Below are positions 37,464-51,474 of a stretch of DNA of 64,000 bases, in pieces. The stretch is from the NCBI RefSeq assembly GCF_036588685.1, contig NC_086385.1, positions 23,211,216 through 23,275,215 on the forward strand, in the 5' to 3' direction. Origin of the DNA: Mytilus trossulus (lineage: Eukaryota). Each line of letters begins with the position of its first letter. Positions within the stretch are counted from its first letter, which is position 1. Below the pieces are notes generated by a model, which did no database searches, had not been told where the DNA came from, and saw only the letters and a program-made list of their open reading frames with translations. The position numbers and the translations under genes were made by a program.

Positions 37464-37789
37464 AAAATATATGAAATCGAATAAATTGTTCAGTCTATAG
37501 TATTCATGTCTTTTCGATTTTTATCAGTGATGGTTGGACAATGACCAAAGCAAATTGCACATATTGTATAAGTTCAAGTATTCTTTATAGAATTACAAAA
37601 CTGGTTAAATGCTACATATTATGTTTCATGTATTGATGATGAAAAAGTCATTAGACGTACAATTGATTATTGCAAAGGTAAAACAATTCTAATTTTGAGA
37701 AGAAATCCATCGAATCGATACCTTATTTACACATATTCATTGTTTTACACGTACGAGATTTGCAAGCTTCATATATAAATTAAACTCCC

Positions 37790-40700
37790 TCATGAATGCG
37801 AGGTATAGGTAGCAGTGAACCCTCTCTCCGTGTGACTTCCGTCAGTTGTAAACAACACCAGAATGACATTGCCAGTAGACTGAATAATCATCGTATTATT
37901 AATTGACCCAGAAAAGTTTAGTAAGCGCCTATCTGAAACTCTTGATCCATCAAATGCCTGTAAAATATAAGCAAATTAAGAATATCACTCAACAACTGTA
38001 AACGATTCAGTGACAAAGTTAACCGATAAAACGTAAATTGTGTAAAAACTTACACCTTTCTTTTTAATTGGCTGGTAGAGAATGTATTTGTTTTACATAT
38101 TTCAAATTATTTTCTTCTTTAATGCCGGTGAATATGCATCAAATACCCCTCTATGCTGTGATATTTGGCATTTTTCATATTTCCCTTTCATAATCGTTAT
38201 CCTAAGTTCTTCCCGCCTAAATTAATCGGCACCTTTCTCAGCCTACCCCGATAAGTTAGGCAACATGATTAACCAGATTGGTTGATAGAGGTAATACGAA
38301 TATTGTTAACCAAAAATGTAAGCCAACATGTCACCAATCTCGTGATCGTATACTGAATAATTCGCGTTGTGGATATAATAAGAGAAAAAAAAAACACGTC
38401 TATACTAATAAACGATTTAATAATGGAATGACAATGAAGTTTACACATATATACTACGATGTGTTATACAGACATTCCTAACTTGTACAACAACATGTAT
38501 AATTCACGCAGCACTATATATGCTAGTCTCGTCGTATCCTCAAAGTTATGCATGCATGTTAATGTATTACAGCTTACTAGTAAGAAGTAAACAAAAAGAT
38601 GTCCCTTCACTTGTACAGAGGGTTTCAATCACAATCTATGTGATTTAATTAAACTGATATATCATCACGCTTATGTTATGGATGTATATCTGTGAAAAAT
38701 ACCAGTCTTGGAATCAAATGTCACCTTCCTACTGGCTCAGGAAATTTCAGAGTGCAATGACTAGTATTTTTTTTTAAAAAAAAAATCTACCTATCCAGAA
38801 ACATGTTTATCTGTTCAAAAATAAGGTGTATAGGGTAATGATTTATATTGTTTCTTTTAATTATTCAAAATACAAACTGACTCAAATTACATGCGTAACA
38901 GAATAAATAAATACATTCATTTATCCACATAACATGGTATATGTTGTAATTGTTTTTAGTGTATTTTGTGGAAAACGATACATGGGATAGTGTATGGTGT
39001 AATAAAGTAGGACAAATTGTGTATAGTGGTTTGTAGTGTATGGTGTGCGATGTATATTGTAATAGTCTATGCAGTACTATCATTGACGACAAAAACTGTT
39101 ATGCAACATATACGCATTTAGACATATATGTCTCGACAGTGATTTTTTTAAAATATTTTACCATACCTTATACAAAAGCCAGAAGACTTCATACAACAAC
39201 AAACAAACAAAAAACATAATATATGAAAAATAATTTCAATCTCGGACAAAAAATCTTAACTTAACATTCATTACTTTTAAAACTGTAAACAGTAAATTAT
39301 TAAGAAAATGCACCCCTATTTTCATGTCAGTACAGAAGTACTTGCTTCATTGTGGATGATGCTCTCGGGAATAAAAAGTCCACATGCAGAAGTATCATCC
39401 CAGTTGAAGTAATAATGCTAACGGTACCAATTGTATTTCAGCGATGCTCAAATTTAAATTATTTGAAAGTAAACAACCTTATAAAATACTTGAGAGGTGA
39501 TAAAATAAACCAAACGTAAAAAACAAATATGTTAAAGGAATCAATATAAATAATGAGAGAGACATTCCTTAACTTACAAAGATTGTGAATCAATGTTCCA
39601 GAAGCGCCTGCATACGGACTTTAATATCTCCCTATTGATACGATATTCCCAGGTTTGTATTATAATCATGATTTCATTTATAGAGAGTTGCTGCCAACAA
39701 GGAAGCTTTTGAACCAAGAGTTTGAAATGTTGTAGGTGAAAACATCCCTTCTTACATTTTATAAACGCCATCACCAGTTGGTGGACCGTTACATAATATT
39801 CGTTTTACAAATGATAATGGTTATTTTCCTTACGTACTAATATGAGCAACACTACCAGTGCAACAAATGGAGCAGGATCTGTTATCCTTCTGGAACAACC
39901 GAGATCACCCCCAGTTTTAGTTGGGTTTGTGTTGCTTAGTCTTTATTTTTTATGTTGTGGTTTGTGTGCTGTTTGCCAGTTTGTCATTTTCTTCTTTAGC
40001 ATGGCGTTATCAGTTTATTTTCGATTGATGAGTTTGACAGTATCTCTGATATCTTTTGCCCTTCTATTACATGTAATGCCACCTACGCATAGTAAGTCAA
40101 ATCTGGTTGAATACATATTCCGTAGAATTGTATAGTTCTAGGAAATTAATCGTACATTTCATTGCAGCTAATGATGTGTGTGTCATAAACATATATCTCA
40201 GGTGTTTTAAAGCACCACATATTTTATTTGATGTTTCCTAATATACGATAATCTCTCACCTGGAGGTAATCATAGTTGCCTTCTGTAATAATACTAGTAA
40301 ATGCTAAGTTAATTCTCTGTCCTGATTGCACCCGAATCAAATATGTGCAATATAAGTAATCCGTATATGGATGAGGATAATTTGGAGAACTGAATGAACC
40401 TGTTGAACTTGTCAAAAATCTTGAACCACCTAAAACATAGAAAATGAAATCCGTTGCATAATGTTAATGTACGAAAAATTCAATACGGTTCATTGAACAA
40501 TGATAGTTCAACACTTTTGTACATTCATAATGTAATGCCAGTTATTTTGTGAGAGAAGTCCCGTGTCATATATGGCATCCTTAGTCAAGTCTTGCTCTCT
40601 TCCAACATTATTTAAAAAAATGTACGTCTACATTCCTACCGAAAATGGATGCGTATCGCTCCTTAAATACTTAATCTTAATGAACTTAGTTTTGAATTGT

Positions 40701-43700
40701 CCTGACCTCGCCATTGAAAAGTATAGATGAACCAAAAACAAACCCCAACAGCATATAAGTCTAACAAAGGTCAAAATCCTGACTTGGACAGTTGAAAAAA
40801 AATCCCGGTGGGGTTAAAATATATTTTATAAGATTTCAAACCTCCCTCTCTGTCTCTCTCTTCAGAAGAATAAACACACACATACATATCAACACGCATA
40901 GAAAAACTCAGTTTATTTAAGTCGGTATTCAATGGCAGAATAGATATCAGAAGAAATAAAGCAAAACTGACAATGAAAACTGAGTGAAAGGTGATGTCAT
41001 CATCATATGGAAGTTAAGCAATTCCTCTTGTAAGTGATTTAGTAATATATCATCACAAAATATATGAGGAACTCATAACCCGTATCATGCAAACAACTGG
41101 TTTTATAATACATGTGTCTTTATTTTCTAATTGCAATTATGAAAAATGCTGTATAGCATATAATTGTTACAGATATTTAACCATATTATATTGCAGGATT
41201 TCTCTATTTCATGTGTCTGGTTGTAGTACAATACATATGTAATTACTACCTTATTCAAGTTGGATAACAGTTGAATTTAGAAACTCCAAAGGAAGATGTG
41301 TATTTTAATGAAACATTTTTCCCAATGCTTAACAATGTACAATTTTCGCTTACAATTTTTTTCTTTACAAACCATAGTTTTCAAAGGTAACAGGTTTACA
41401 ATTTAATACGCTAGTTGCATGTTTCGTATACATAAGACGCGTCAGTAACACTCTGCAGATCAAGTAAGGAAGAATGTCTAAGATTAACGTTGAAAATTCC
41501 AAGATTCAAGAATTAGAATAAAAAAGGATAGCCCTTATTAGCTTTCGTACTAAGGTAATATATCTTGGATAAGAAAATCCGTATTATTCCGAAAAATCAT
41601 ACTTTTAATTTGCAAACAAGGAAATTATGAAAATGACCATAGATTTGATATTTATATAACACCGATGTGGTGACTGCAAACGAAAAAAACACCAGCAACG
41701 TAATAAAGATTCAAGGATACATATAAATGAGCGCGGCATCGTTAGTATCGATAAACTATAGACTAGCGCTATTTTAGCATTTCGGATACACGTATAATTA
41801 CTGGTATATATGTCTTTACTTACTGTGGTTGAATGCTTTGTATGATACGCGAAATCCATAATAAACTACACTAACGTCAGATGTAAAATGTAAAAGCATT
41901 TCATTGTTTGTTGATGTTATGTTTTCTGTGTTATTTCTATATGTTCCGGAAAGTTCTGCCAATGTATTGTTTGAAGTTGTTAGGCCATCATACACCTAAA
42001 TAATAGTAATATAAATTGTTACAGTACATTGTGATAGTAGTTATTATAATAAAAATAACGATAAAGATGATGACAATGATTATGATGAACATACAAGAGT
42101 CTTATTATAATTATAAGACTACTACATGTAAATCCAATATTGGAAAATGAGAACAGGATTGTTTTAAAAACAGCTTAAGGTCTTTCCAATGTATGATAAT
42201 TTTTCTAACACATTTTGTAGCCATTGTATAGAAACAACCAGCAATCTTTGTCTTGACTTGCTAAATTCATTGATACAGTCACTGCAAATCAAATAATCAA
42301 TACACGAAAATCCAAAGGTAGTGAAAATAAAAAAAGAGAAGACGTTGTATGATTGCCAATGAGACAACTCTCCACAAGAGACCAAATGACACAGAAATAA
42401 TAACTGTAGGTCACCGTACGTCCTTTAACAATGAGCACCGGCCATACCGCATAGCTTTTAAAGGCCCGAATTGACAAATCTAAAACATTCAAACGAAAAA
42501 ACTAACAGCGTAATTGATGTAAAAAAAATAAACCAAAAACAAATATGTAACACATCAACAAATGACAACAACTGAATTTCAGACTCCTGACTTGAGACAG
42601 GTGCATACATACATAATGTGGCGGGGTTAAACATGATAGCTGGACCCTAAACCCTCCCCCTTATTTTGGACAGTAGTGTAACACAACAACATAACGAACT
42701 ATCAGAATCTGTTGAAAAAGGAGCTTATCTAATGTAGCTCAATAAATCTAAATTAAGGTTTTACATGTTAATATACTAAATTTGGTATATCAACCGTCTT
42801 TATTTGAGCGCCACTTATAAATTATTTAAGAATTGAATGCTCTTTTTTGTAAATTTATTGGGCTGTAAAAGCGTTGACCGAAGTACATTTTGTATGAAGC
42901 ACGGAATTACATTTTTACCTAAAGGATCATGAAAACACGCCTTTTATGAAGTTTTTATTTCATTTACCTGTGCACTTTATTGTGGGACCTCGTGTCATCA
43001 TGAATGAGAAGTTTTATTGAGTGATACAACTGCGTAAGGAATAACACATGATGTGCCGTTAGCCAATCAAAATAACGTATTGTAATGAAACATACTTCTT
43101 ATGTAATTATATGAATAAAAATACGAACTAATTTACAAACTTGATTTAAAAAACAAAATTAAGCACAAACACTATATGAACTTATATCATACTTGCCAAT
43201 GCTGATGAAGTTTTAATTACCCGGGGGTATCACCAGCCAAGTAGTCAGCATTTCTGTGCTGACATATAACTTATCATTGAAATGGTCATATTTATAAATC
43301 AACTGTTTACAAAACTTTAGAATTTTTGAAATACTAGGGTGTTTCTACCTCAAAAACAGATTACCTTAGCTGTATTTGGTAAAACTTTTAGGAATTCTGG
43401 TCCTCAAAGCTCTTAAACTTCGTACTTTATTTTGCCTTTTTTACCATTTTAAGATTCGAGCGTCACTGATAAGTCCTTTGTAGACGAAACACGCGTCTGA
43501 CTTTAATACAAAATTTATTCCTGTTATCTATGATGAGTGTATTTAGATGTTTTTATATAGGTAATGTATTGGTATCTAAACAACCAACTTCACCACAAAC
43601 CTAGGCCTCGACAGTTATCTGTAGTTTTTTCTGAGGGCAGTAATAATAGCAACATGTCAAATAGTATATTTTATTGACCTCAAAATCATATAATAAAGAT

Positions 43701-46700
43701 CATACCGTAGGGAACACCATAGTTTGGAAAATTGTTTAGCATCGCGTCAAAAATTTGTTTAATATTGTACTAAAAATTGCATTCCAATAAAATTCTTTGT
43801 GTAAAACATTAACAGCAAAAAAAATTATCATTTACCTTTAGATAATCAAGTGATCCTTCAGTTTTAAATGTATTAACTGTCAAATGTATTTTATATCCCA
43901 CTGGAACATCAATGTAATATTTGCAGCTCGATAAATTTGGATAAGGATCTGGAAACCATGGAGAACTCAAACTTCCAGACATCGAAGAAAAATTTCCACC
44001 GCATCCTGTAATATACAAAGCGTACAAACAGTATTACATCCCTTTTTTCCCCACATAATACTTACCACATTTTTTCTCAATTGATATTGATAACTATAAG
44101 GGTTGACTTGGGTAAAGATTAGTGAAACCCTTGTCGAAGTTTGGCAAACAGTATTTCATCAATTTTAATATAACGATATTCAATCTAATACGACTTTAAA
44201 CTATTTTAACATCGGAGGGCAATATTTTAAAGCAGTTAGTTGAATAGTTATTTTTATATTTATATGTTAACGGTTAAAAGTTTAGTTAAGACGTTACCAT
44301 GCACAAGTGTTGTAGCAGGTGTTGTACTTGTTGTACTCGTGGTTGTTGTACAATAATCGTTGCATAAATCACTCTGACAACATTTTGAACATAATGTTGA
44401 TCGCTTTTGTATGATTGCAGCTCTCTTTTTTCGTCCAAAAGCTGGTACATATCCGGATAAAGCTTGACAAACCTAACAACATGGGACATTGTATTACTAC
44501 GTTATTTCAGAAACAACACAAATATATATATGAGTTCACTGATTTCCTATTATAGTTAATTTATTTGTATGCGTTGCCTTTCTATTCCTACCATTTAAAG
44601 ATATCACATTTTACCAAAATGCACAAAAGAAGTGTATGTTCACAGTTTTTAAAGTTCTCTACTGCACAATTCATAACTTTAAATCTCGTTTGCTTTGTGT
44701 AAATGTTAATTTTTGAAAATAGCTGAAGAGAAACAGTTTGTTGCCCGTTTTTTTATTAAAAGAATAAAGTAAATCTTTGCTACACAGATTAATTTACTCA
44801 CATGCATATTTTCACACGACGTTTTGAAAAAACGTTGATTAAAGCGCATCATTTCCTGAATATAACACATCTGAAATATAACAAACAAGAATATGTCAAT
44901 AGTACACGGATGCCCCACTCGTACTATCATTTTCTATGTTCATTGGATTGTGAAATTGGGGTCAAAACTTTAATTTGGAATTATATTTAGAAAGATCATA
45001 TCATAGGAAACATGTTTACTAAGTTTCAAGTTGATGTAACTTTAACTTCATCAAAAACTACCTTGACCAAAAACTTTAACCTGAACTTCGCACTATCATT
45101 TTCTATGTTCAGAGGACCATGAAATTGGGGTCGAAACTATAGTTTGGCATTAGAATTAGAAAGATCATATCATTGGGAACATGTGTACTAAGTTTCAAGT
45201 TGATTGGACTTCAACTTCTTCAAAAACTACCTTGACCAAAAACTTTAACCTGATGCAAACGGACGCACAAAGGGACGAACGAACTTACGAACGGAGGCAG
45301 AGACCAGAAAACATAATGCCCCTCTACTGTCGTAGGTGGGGCATAAACGAACGAACGGGAGGCACAGACCAGGAAACATAATGCTCCTTTGCTATCGTAG
45401 GCGGGGCATACACATCTTTTTACACACTCAACAGATTACAATTAGAGTTATATGAAACGGTAATTTCAATTCAGCACTACTTTAAAGAACATCCCATAAG
45501 AAACTGAAATGAAAAAACAAATCTAAACCATGATATGGTTAAGAGGCATACATGGCATTGTTAACTAATGCAAAAATACACTGAACATATAATGTCGTTG
45601 GTGACCTTCTGCTTTTTTTTTATTTGGTCGGGTTGTTGTCTCTTTGACACATTCCCCATTCCCATTCTCAATTTTATAAATACCGGAATTTACATTTTTT
45701 ATTTGTCCGGAATGCGCATTTTGTTACAAAATAATCGTGAGGGACACTTTACACAAATGTTAATAAAAGCTTAATAAAATGCAAATTTGATAAGCATTCA
45801 GGATCCAGTGACTACTCGGCAGTGATAAAATATTAGAAAAATACTAATAGACGGTACTATTTGTTTTACCTCATCAGCTTCACACACTCTTGTCTGATGA
45901 CATTGCATAGGATCTGCGATACCATCACAGTTAAAACACAAAGGCCCAGTTTGAAGATGATCTGAAATAAGCTGATAGTTAGAAGATATATCTATGAATT
46001 TAGCTGGTTCAATTTACAAAAATACAAATTAGAATAATGAATCAATAACAGATGGGCTGTTTATTTGTAGTGCATGTTTTATTGTTTTAGTGTGGATGGA
46101 TGGGATACCGATATGTCTGGTTTTCCATGTAAAATTACAATGATTTAATTAAGAATGGCGATCAAGTGTTGGAACATTTTGAAGTGAATCGTGTTCTTAT
46201 TGACAGTAAATTTTTAGATAGCATAATGTTTTGTGGTTAATATAATAGATGTTATGGACAAATACTTACTTGTTATTCCACAGCCATCCTTGTTACATCC
46301 ATCTGTAGTACAGCATTCTATACACTGCTCTATGTCTGTATGTGCTAGTGACCTTGTTCTTGGGCATCTCTAAAACATTGAATATATATGGATATTCAGT
46401 GAGTAACTTGCAAACATGTTTTATATCATTTCAGCCATCTTAAGGGCTTTTGTCCATGGTATATTTTCGATGTTTTCATTTTATTTTTCAATTTTCTATG
46501 TCAATGAGTTGCTTTCTTTTATTATTTTAAGGACATGACTAGGAAAAGTGCATTAATGTTAGACATATTGAAGGAGACAACTAGATATATTGCAATTAAG
46601 GTTAAAAAGGCTTTGATACTAATAATTATCTCAATTCATGTACATGTATAAAGGACACCAAAATTGATATGAGTTAATGTAAATCTCGCCTTATAATAAC

Positions 46701-49700
46701 TTTGGTTTAGCGTGTGCATGTGGTTTGAATAAGGTATTCCGTATGTCTGTTTTATAATATATATATATTTTATTAAATTTAAACTTTAAAACAAATGTTT
46801 TCTCAAATATACATGATATAGTCTTACCGTTCTAGACAAGCATCCTAGTTTGTACAAAATATTTCCGGAACTTTCAAACTTTTCAATGCTACAAATCTGA
46901 AGAATACAAGACATCATTTGTAATTTTGATTGTAAAAGACTTTTGATTAGAACAAAAACGGCTTTGTTCGACCCGTATACGATTTTGAAAAAACACCTAT
47001 GGAATAGGTAAGAATCAACAGTATTTAAAAACGTCCAAATTTCTTTAAACCAGCTTTATTAGTATATTAGTTGTATTTTTTTGTTTATAAAGTCCGCGTT
47101 CATGTAATGCTAACATACACGAACGCAACAGCTCAAATATGTCATCTAAAAAACAAACCGTTTGCCAGATTGTTGTTTTATATACTGATTATTTAGTAAC
47201 TGACGATGAAAAACTTATTTTATCATGTCACGTTTGTCAGAGGTCCAGCTGAAAGTCGAGATCTGAGTCTAACATCAGAAATGTAGTACGTCCTTAAGAT
47301 ATGTTAATATTTGATAACTTAGTTCACTTGGTTACCTGAGATTTCAGACATCTGGAAGATTTCTCTATGTGCCTGTGAAAAGGTTGTATGTATTTTGATC
47401 GATAGAAAAATTGACGAGCAATAGTGTTTGTACAATGTTTATCATTTATCAAAATAAATGTATGCTGAAGTAAAACAACTAGACAAATTTGTTTAATTAG
47501 TATTTTTCGTTTTAAAACATCGCATTTAGAAAATGAAAAAAAAAAAAGTCGGGTGTTAGTGGTAAACGATTACAGTAAAAAAGCCCAAAAGAAATAAATC
47601 GCTTGAATAACGACTTTTACAACTTCGATTTAATGATGCAACTTTTGGGATTTGAGCGTCACTGAAGAGTCTTTTGTAGACGAAACGCGCGTCTGGCGTA
47701 TATAATAAAGTTAGTTCTGCTATCTATGATAAGTTAATTTTCATGTGACGATGTTATTTATCAATCAATTTGATAGCTTGTAGAGTTTTGTAAGGCATTG
47801 ACAATCAAAACTGAGGAGTTAACAAAGAATCATAAAACCAAAAGACATTTACATCAACAGTTACAATTCAAATTATAAATAAGGAACAACATGAACTCCA
47901 CTAAAAACCGAGAGGGAAATAAGGTGCTCTTGAAGAGTAAGTTTTTCCGGCATCGTATATGGCACCCGTCGTGGTATGTCTTTGATCAGTTTGGAAATAT
48001 TGGAAGGTTATTATGACAGGGGAAGAATATCAGATATGATTTCTGACAAACTTTTGTCATTATGACCAATCAGCTTATGATGGCGACCGTAAAATATCTT
48101 AAGAAATGACCTTAATTCAATTGATTCATAAATATGTAATCTACTTACTGATCCTGACATGCATTCAATTGTGTGGTCGCAAAACAAAGGATTCATAACT
48201 GAATCACAGTTCAAGCAAGTTAAACCTGCAATAGACAAATCAAATTGATACATCAAGTGGTATAGAATTAACACAATTATATATATAAAGAAAGTGTCCG
48301 GTATATGCATATTTTCTGATGTATTGATTGATTTGCATATTGTCATGACTACTCATATGATGCATGTGATGAGAAGCATCAAGCACAATGTGGGCAGTGG
48401 GTTAAACAAATCAATTATTACGTATCATTTGTATTCGTTAAGCATTTGATAAATTATAAGAAACATCTAGTGCCCTTTTTGTTAAAGAAACACAAGCTGA
48501 CGAGTCTTCACAGTCGAGTTTAAAGTTAAGTATGTGAAAAAGTGGTATAAAGAGTTGTAAAATCAAACCTTGTTTTTGCAAAGGAGTTAAGATTGTGTTT
48601 TGAGAGTAAGGAGATGATTAGCGGTATTTACTGTATCATCTTCCATATTTGTATCTTTTTACCACAATACGATTTTGCATGGACGTAGTTTTGTATATTA
48701 TTGATCGCCGCGATATAGCCTTTTTGTGCTAATGTGGCATAAAGCAACCAACAATCAATCAATCAATATATTATTGATACGGCATATCTTAATCTTTATA
48801 AAGCTTAATTCATTTCGTGTTTTCCCCAGCCTGAATACTTTGGAAATAAGGGTATGCCATAATCACTTATTATTTAATTGTACAGCTAATTAAATTACAT
48901 TGTTAATTGTTGTCTAAAGTCTATTCATATTTATTTTTATATATTTATTATATATTTAACTATAGACAACAGAAGCCACACGTATACTAAATTATCGAAA
49001 CAATATATAATGAATATATATTCAAACAGATTTTCACACATACAAATAATGCAAAACGTGACTTGGTTCGTGCTAATGATTTTGCGTTGTCTATGTCAAG
49101 GCAATCCGTGAATGAAATCGATAATTTGATAAACATAATGGTGAGTTTTTTTACCGAAATTAAAAATCTGCAATATTTGTATGTTAAACGGATACACATT
49201 TCACATTCTGAGTGTCTTGATTGTTCTTATATTTTAATACTACTTGCTTATTAACGAAAAAAAAATTGCTCGAATAAAAAAACGTGAAAAGAGCAAGTGT
49301 TTTGTAATTGAAAGATATTTTTAAGTGACTGTGTATTAAAGCATTGTTTGCGTTACATGTATATTTAAAAGTTGAAATTATTGATATGTTAAGTTTTATA
49401 ATTACCTTCAACTAACGTTCTCTCGCAAGCCAACATCAACAATATCACTGTAAAAAATGAAGTAATTGTGCTAACTTCAATCACTTATGATTTAATTCAT
49501 CATAGATAACAGGGTTAAATTTTATATTTACGCCAAACGAGCGTTCCGTCTAAAAATGACTCGAATCAGAAAAAGTGAAAAAAAGCCAAATCAAGTACGA
49601 AGTTGAAGAGCATTGATCACCAAAATCTATAAATAAAAGTTTTGCCAAATACAGCTAAGATATCATTTTTTTTTAATGAAAATCCATACTTTTTTTTTTG

Positions 49701-50699
49701 AAACGCACACATTTTGGTTTGATTTGATATATGTTATCTAAATCATGTATAAATACAAAAAAAAAAAATTTGATTTATATTGCTGTGTCTAAAAGTGTAC
49801 TCGTATCAAATTGTTACTGTTTGAAAATAATATATACTAATTGTATATTTTTCATATTGTACTGAATGATATAATTGCTGTTACTTGAAATTTTGTAAAT
49901 TGTACTTATATGGAATGGATTATCTTTAGTTGTTATAACTTGTACTCAATCCTATTGTATATTTAGACTATAACATATGTTTAAACTAAACCAAGTGTTA
50001 AGTTTATTTGATGAAGAACGGAGACTAAAATTATATAATTATTAATAACATTGTTTCAATTATACACTTCTCGCTTGCAATTGGTTTGGCTCTGATCCTT
50101 AAGAATTAACACATGTATTTGTGTTTTCATAATGTTTTATTTAACAGTTGGTTATACGTATTCAAAATCAATGTTGTGTACACAAAAACTAGAAATCATG
50201 CTGTAGGATAAAAAAATGTCAATGGGATATGAAAAAATGTCTTGAATGTCAAATTTTAATCAATCACAAAATATTGAAGCTTCTTAATATATCTTGCTAA
50301 ATACATCGTCCATCCTTGCAAAATGCCATGATATTTTATTTAATTATTCTTTATAGCCGTTTACCAAATAAATTATCTATTAAAACATGTATCTTTCAAT
50401 GAAACACTTGTTGGTTTCATTAGTAAATCTGTTAGATCAAACTAACACAGAATTTCCTGACTTTTTGACTGGCACTTGCGTAATCCAAATTATTAAAAAA
50501 AATATACAAAAAATATAAAAATAAAACAAACATACGAAATTTAATTACAAACACAAACATTTTCATACTCTATCCATAACGCAAAAATCGGAGTTACTAG
50601 AAACAGCAAATTATGTATGAATACGTATATTTATTTATTTAAAAAAAAAAAGAGATACCTACAAAATGTAAAAATCATACCTGTGAAGTACATAATCAT
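37790..50699 (-). CDS. Secreted protein: signal peptide, two Ly6/uPAR (three-finger)-like domains, Thr-rich linker, two CUB domains; 12 exons, about 440 aa
   Basis: Phase-consistent exons: 50699-50681, 49447-49406, 48225-48149, 46896-46828, 46369-46270, 45961-45870, 44870-44802, 44472-44298, 44005-43836, 41995-41824, 40429-40260, 37957-37790 (1323 nt, no internal stop). Motifs: LTCLNC...CCTTDGCN; LCFNC...CCQSDLCN; CGG...SSPWFPDPYP...DYLKVYDG...FTSDVSV..YGF; SSPNYP...DYLQAFDG...FTTDGS...RGF. Confidence 0.85.
44880..45410 (+). mobile_element. HINE/Helentron-like non-autonomous element
   Basis: Starts AACAAGA, has subterminal inverted repeats ATGCCCCAC/GTGGGGCAT, two internal repeats of about 169 bp (ACTATCATTTTCTATGTTCA near 44923 and 45092), a GACG/GAAC microsatellite-like tract and a duplicated 3' hairpin end. 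Confidence 0.7.
47657..47698 (+). ncRNA. Minimal type I hammerhead ribozyme (intact core), antisense to the LU-CUB gene intron
   Basis: CGTCA CTGAAGA GTCT-TTTGT-AGAC GAAAC GCGC GTC TGGCG. Confidence 0.8.
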
Positions 50700-51474
50700 T
50701 TTCTAAAGATTATGGACAATAACAGTTGAGCTTACTTAAATACCTGCAACAAGGAAGAATCTGGTTTAAGATGAATCAAATACTATGCAACACATGCATT
50801 TGAGGTTTGATAAGAACAAGAACAAACCCTTATAGTATAATCGGATGTTTATTATTGATACCAGTAAGATAATCTTACACAGGTTGTGATCGTACTTCCT
50901 TGATGGTTGATTAACAACAACGAAATGTACATCCTCAGGTAAATGACTTCTGAATTAATGAGGAGAATTTCATCAATAAGAAGGTCGTAAATAAAATGGA
51001 AACATTTCAATATTGCTGTTCAAAATAAAGGATTCAAACTATATTATATAAATGTTTATCATGATTAAAACACGTTTTATTACACTCTTACAGATTTAAG
51101 ATGGTAAAATAATTGTTTTCAGTTCTATAAACATATTGCAAATATTAACATCCTATATCTTTTCTTGTAACGTTTTTTGGGATAGTATTGAGGACGATCA
51201 CGTGAACGTTGTTTTCAACTACGCGAACTGCGATATGATGTCACTGCCATTTGTCATTCGGTAGCAGCTCGAACTAAAATTTTACACATTTTAAGTTTTG
51301 TTATTATTCCCTTTGAAACTGAAAAACGGCTTAATTAAAATATTTTTTTCATTGATCACCAAGTAAACTTTGAAAACTTTTTCAATGAAAAATATTAAAG
51401 TGTACGTGCTAGTTTGCTAATCATTCATACTAAACACGTCAAATATCCTTCTCCTTGTCGACCTCTTATCATTG

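Noticed and set aside
42164-42492. Extra exon or ORF within the LU-CUB gene
   Set aside because: It overlaps a SINE-like repeat, and the flanking CUB exons already join in phase.
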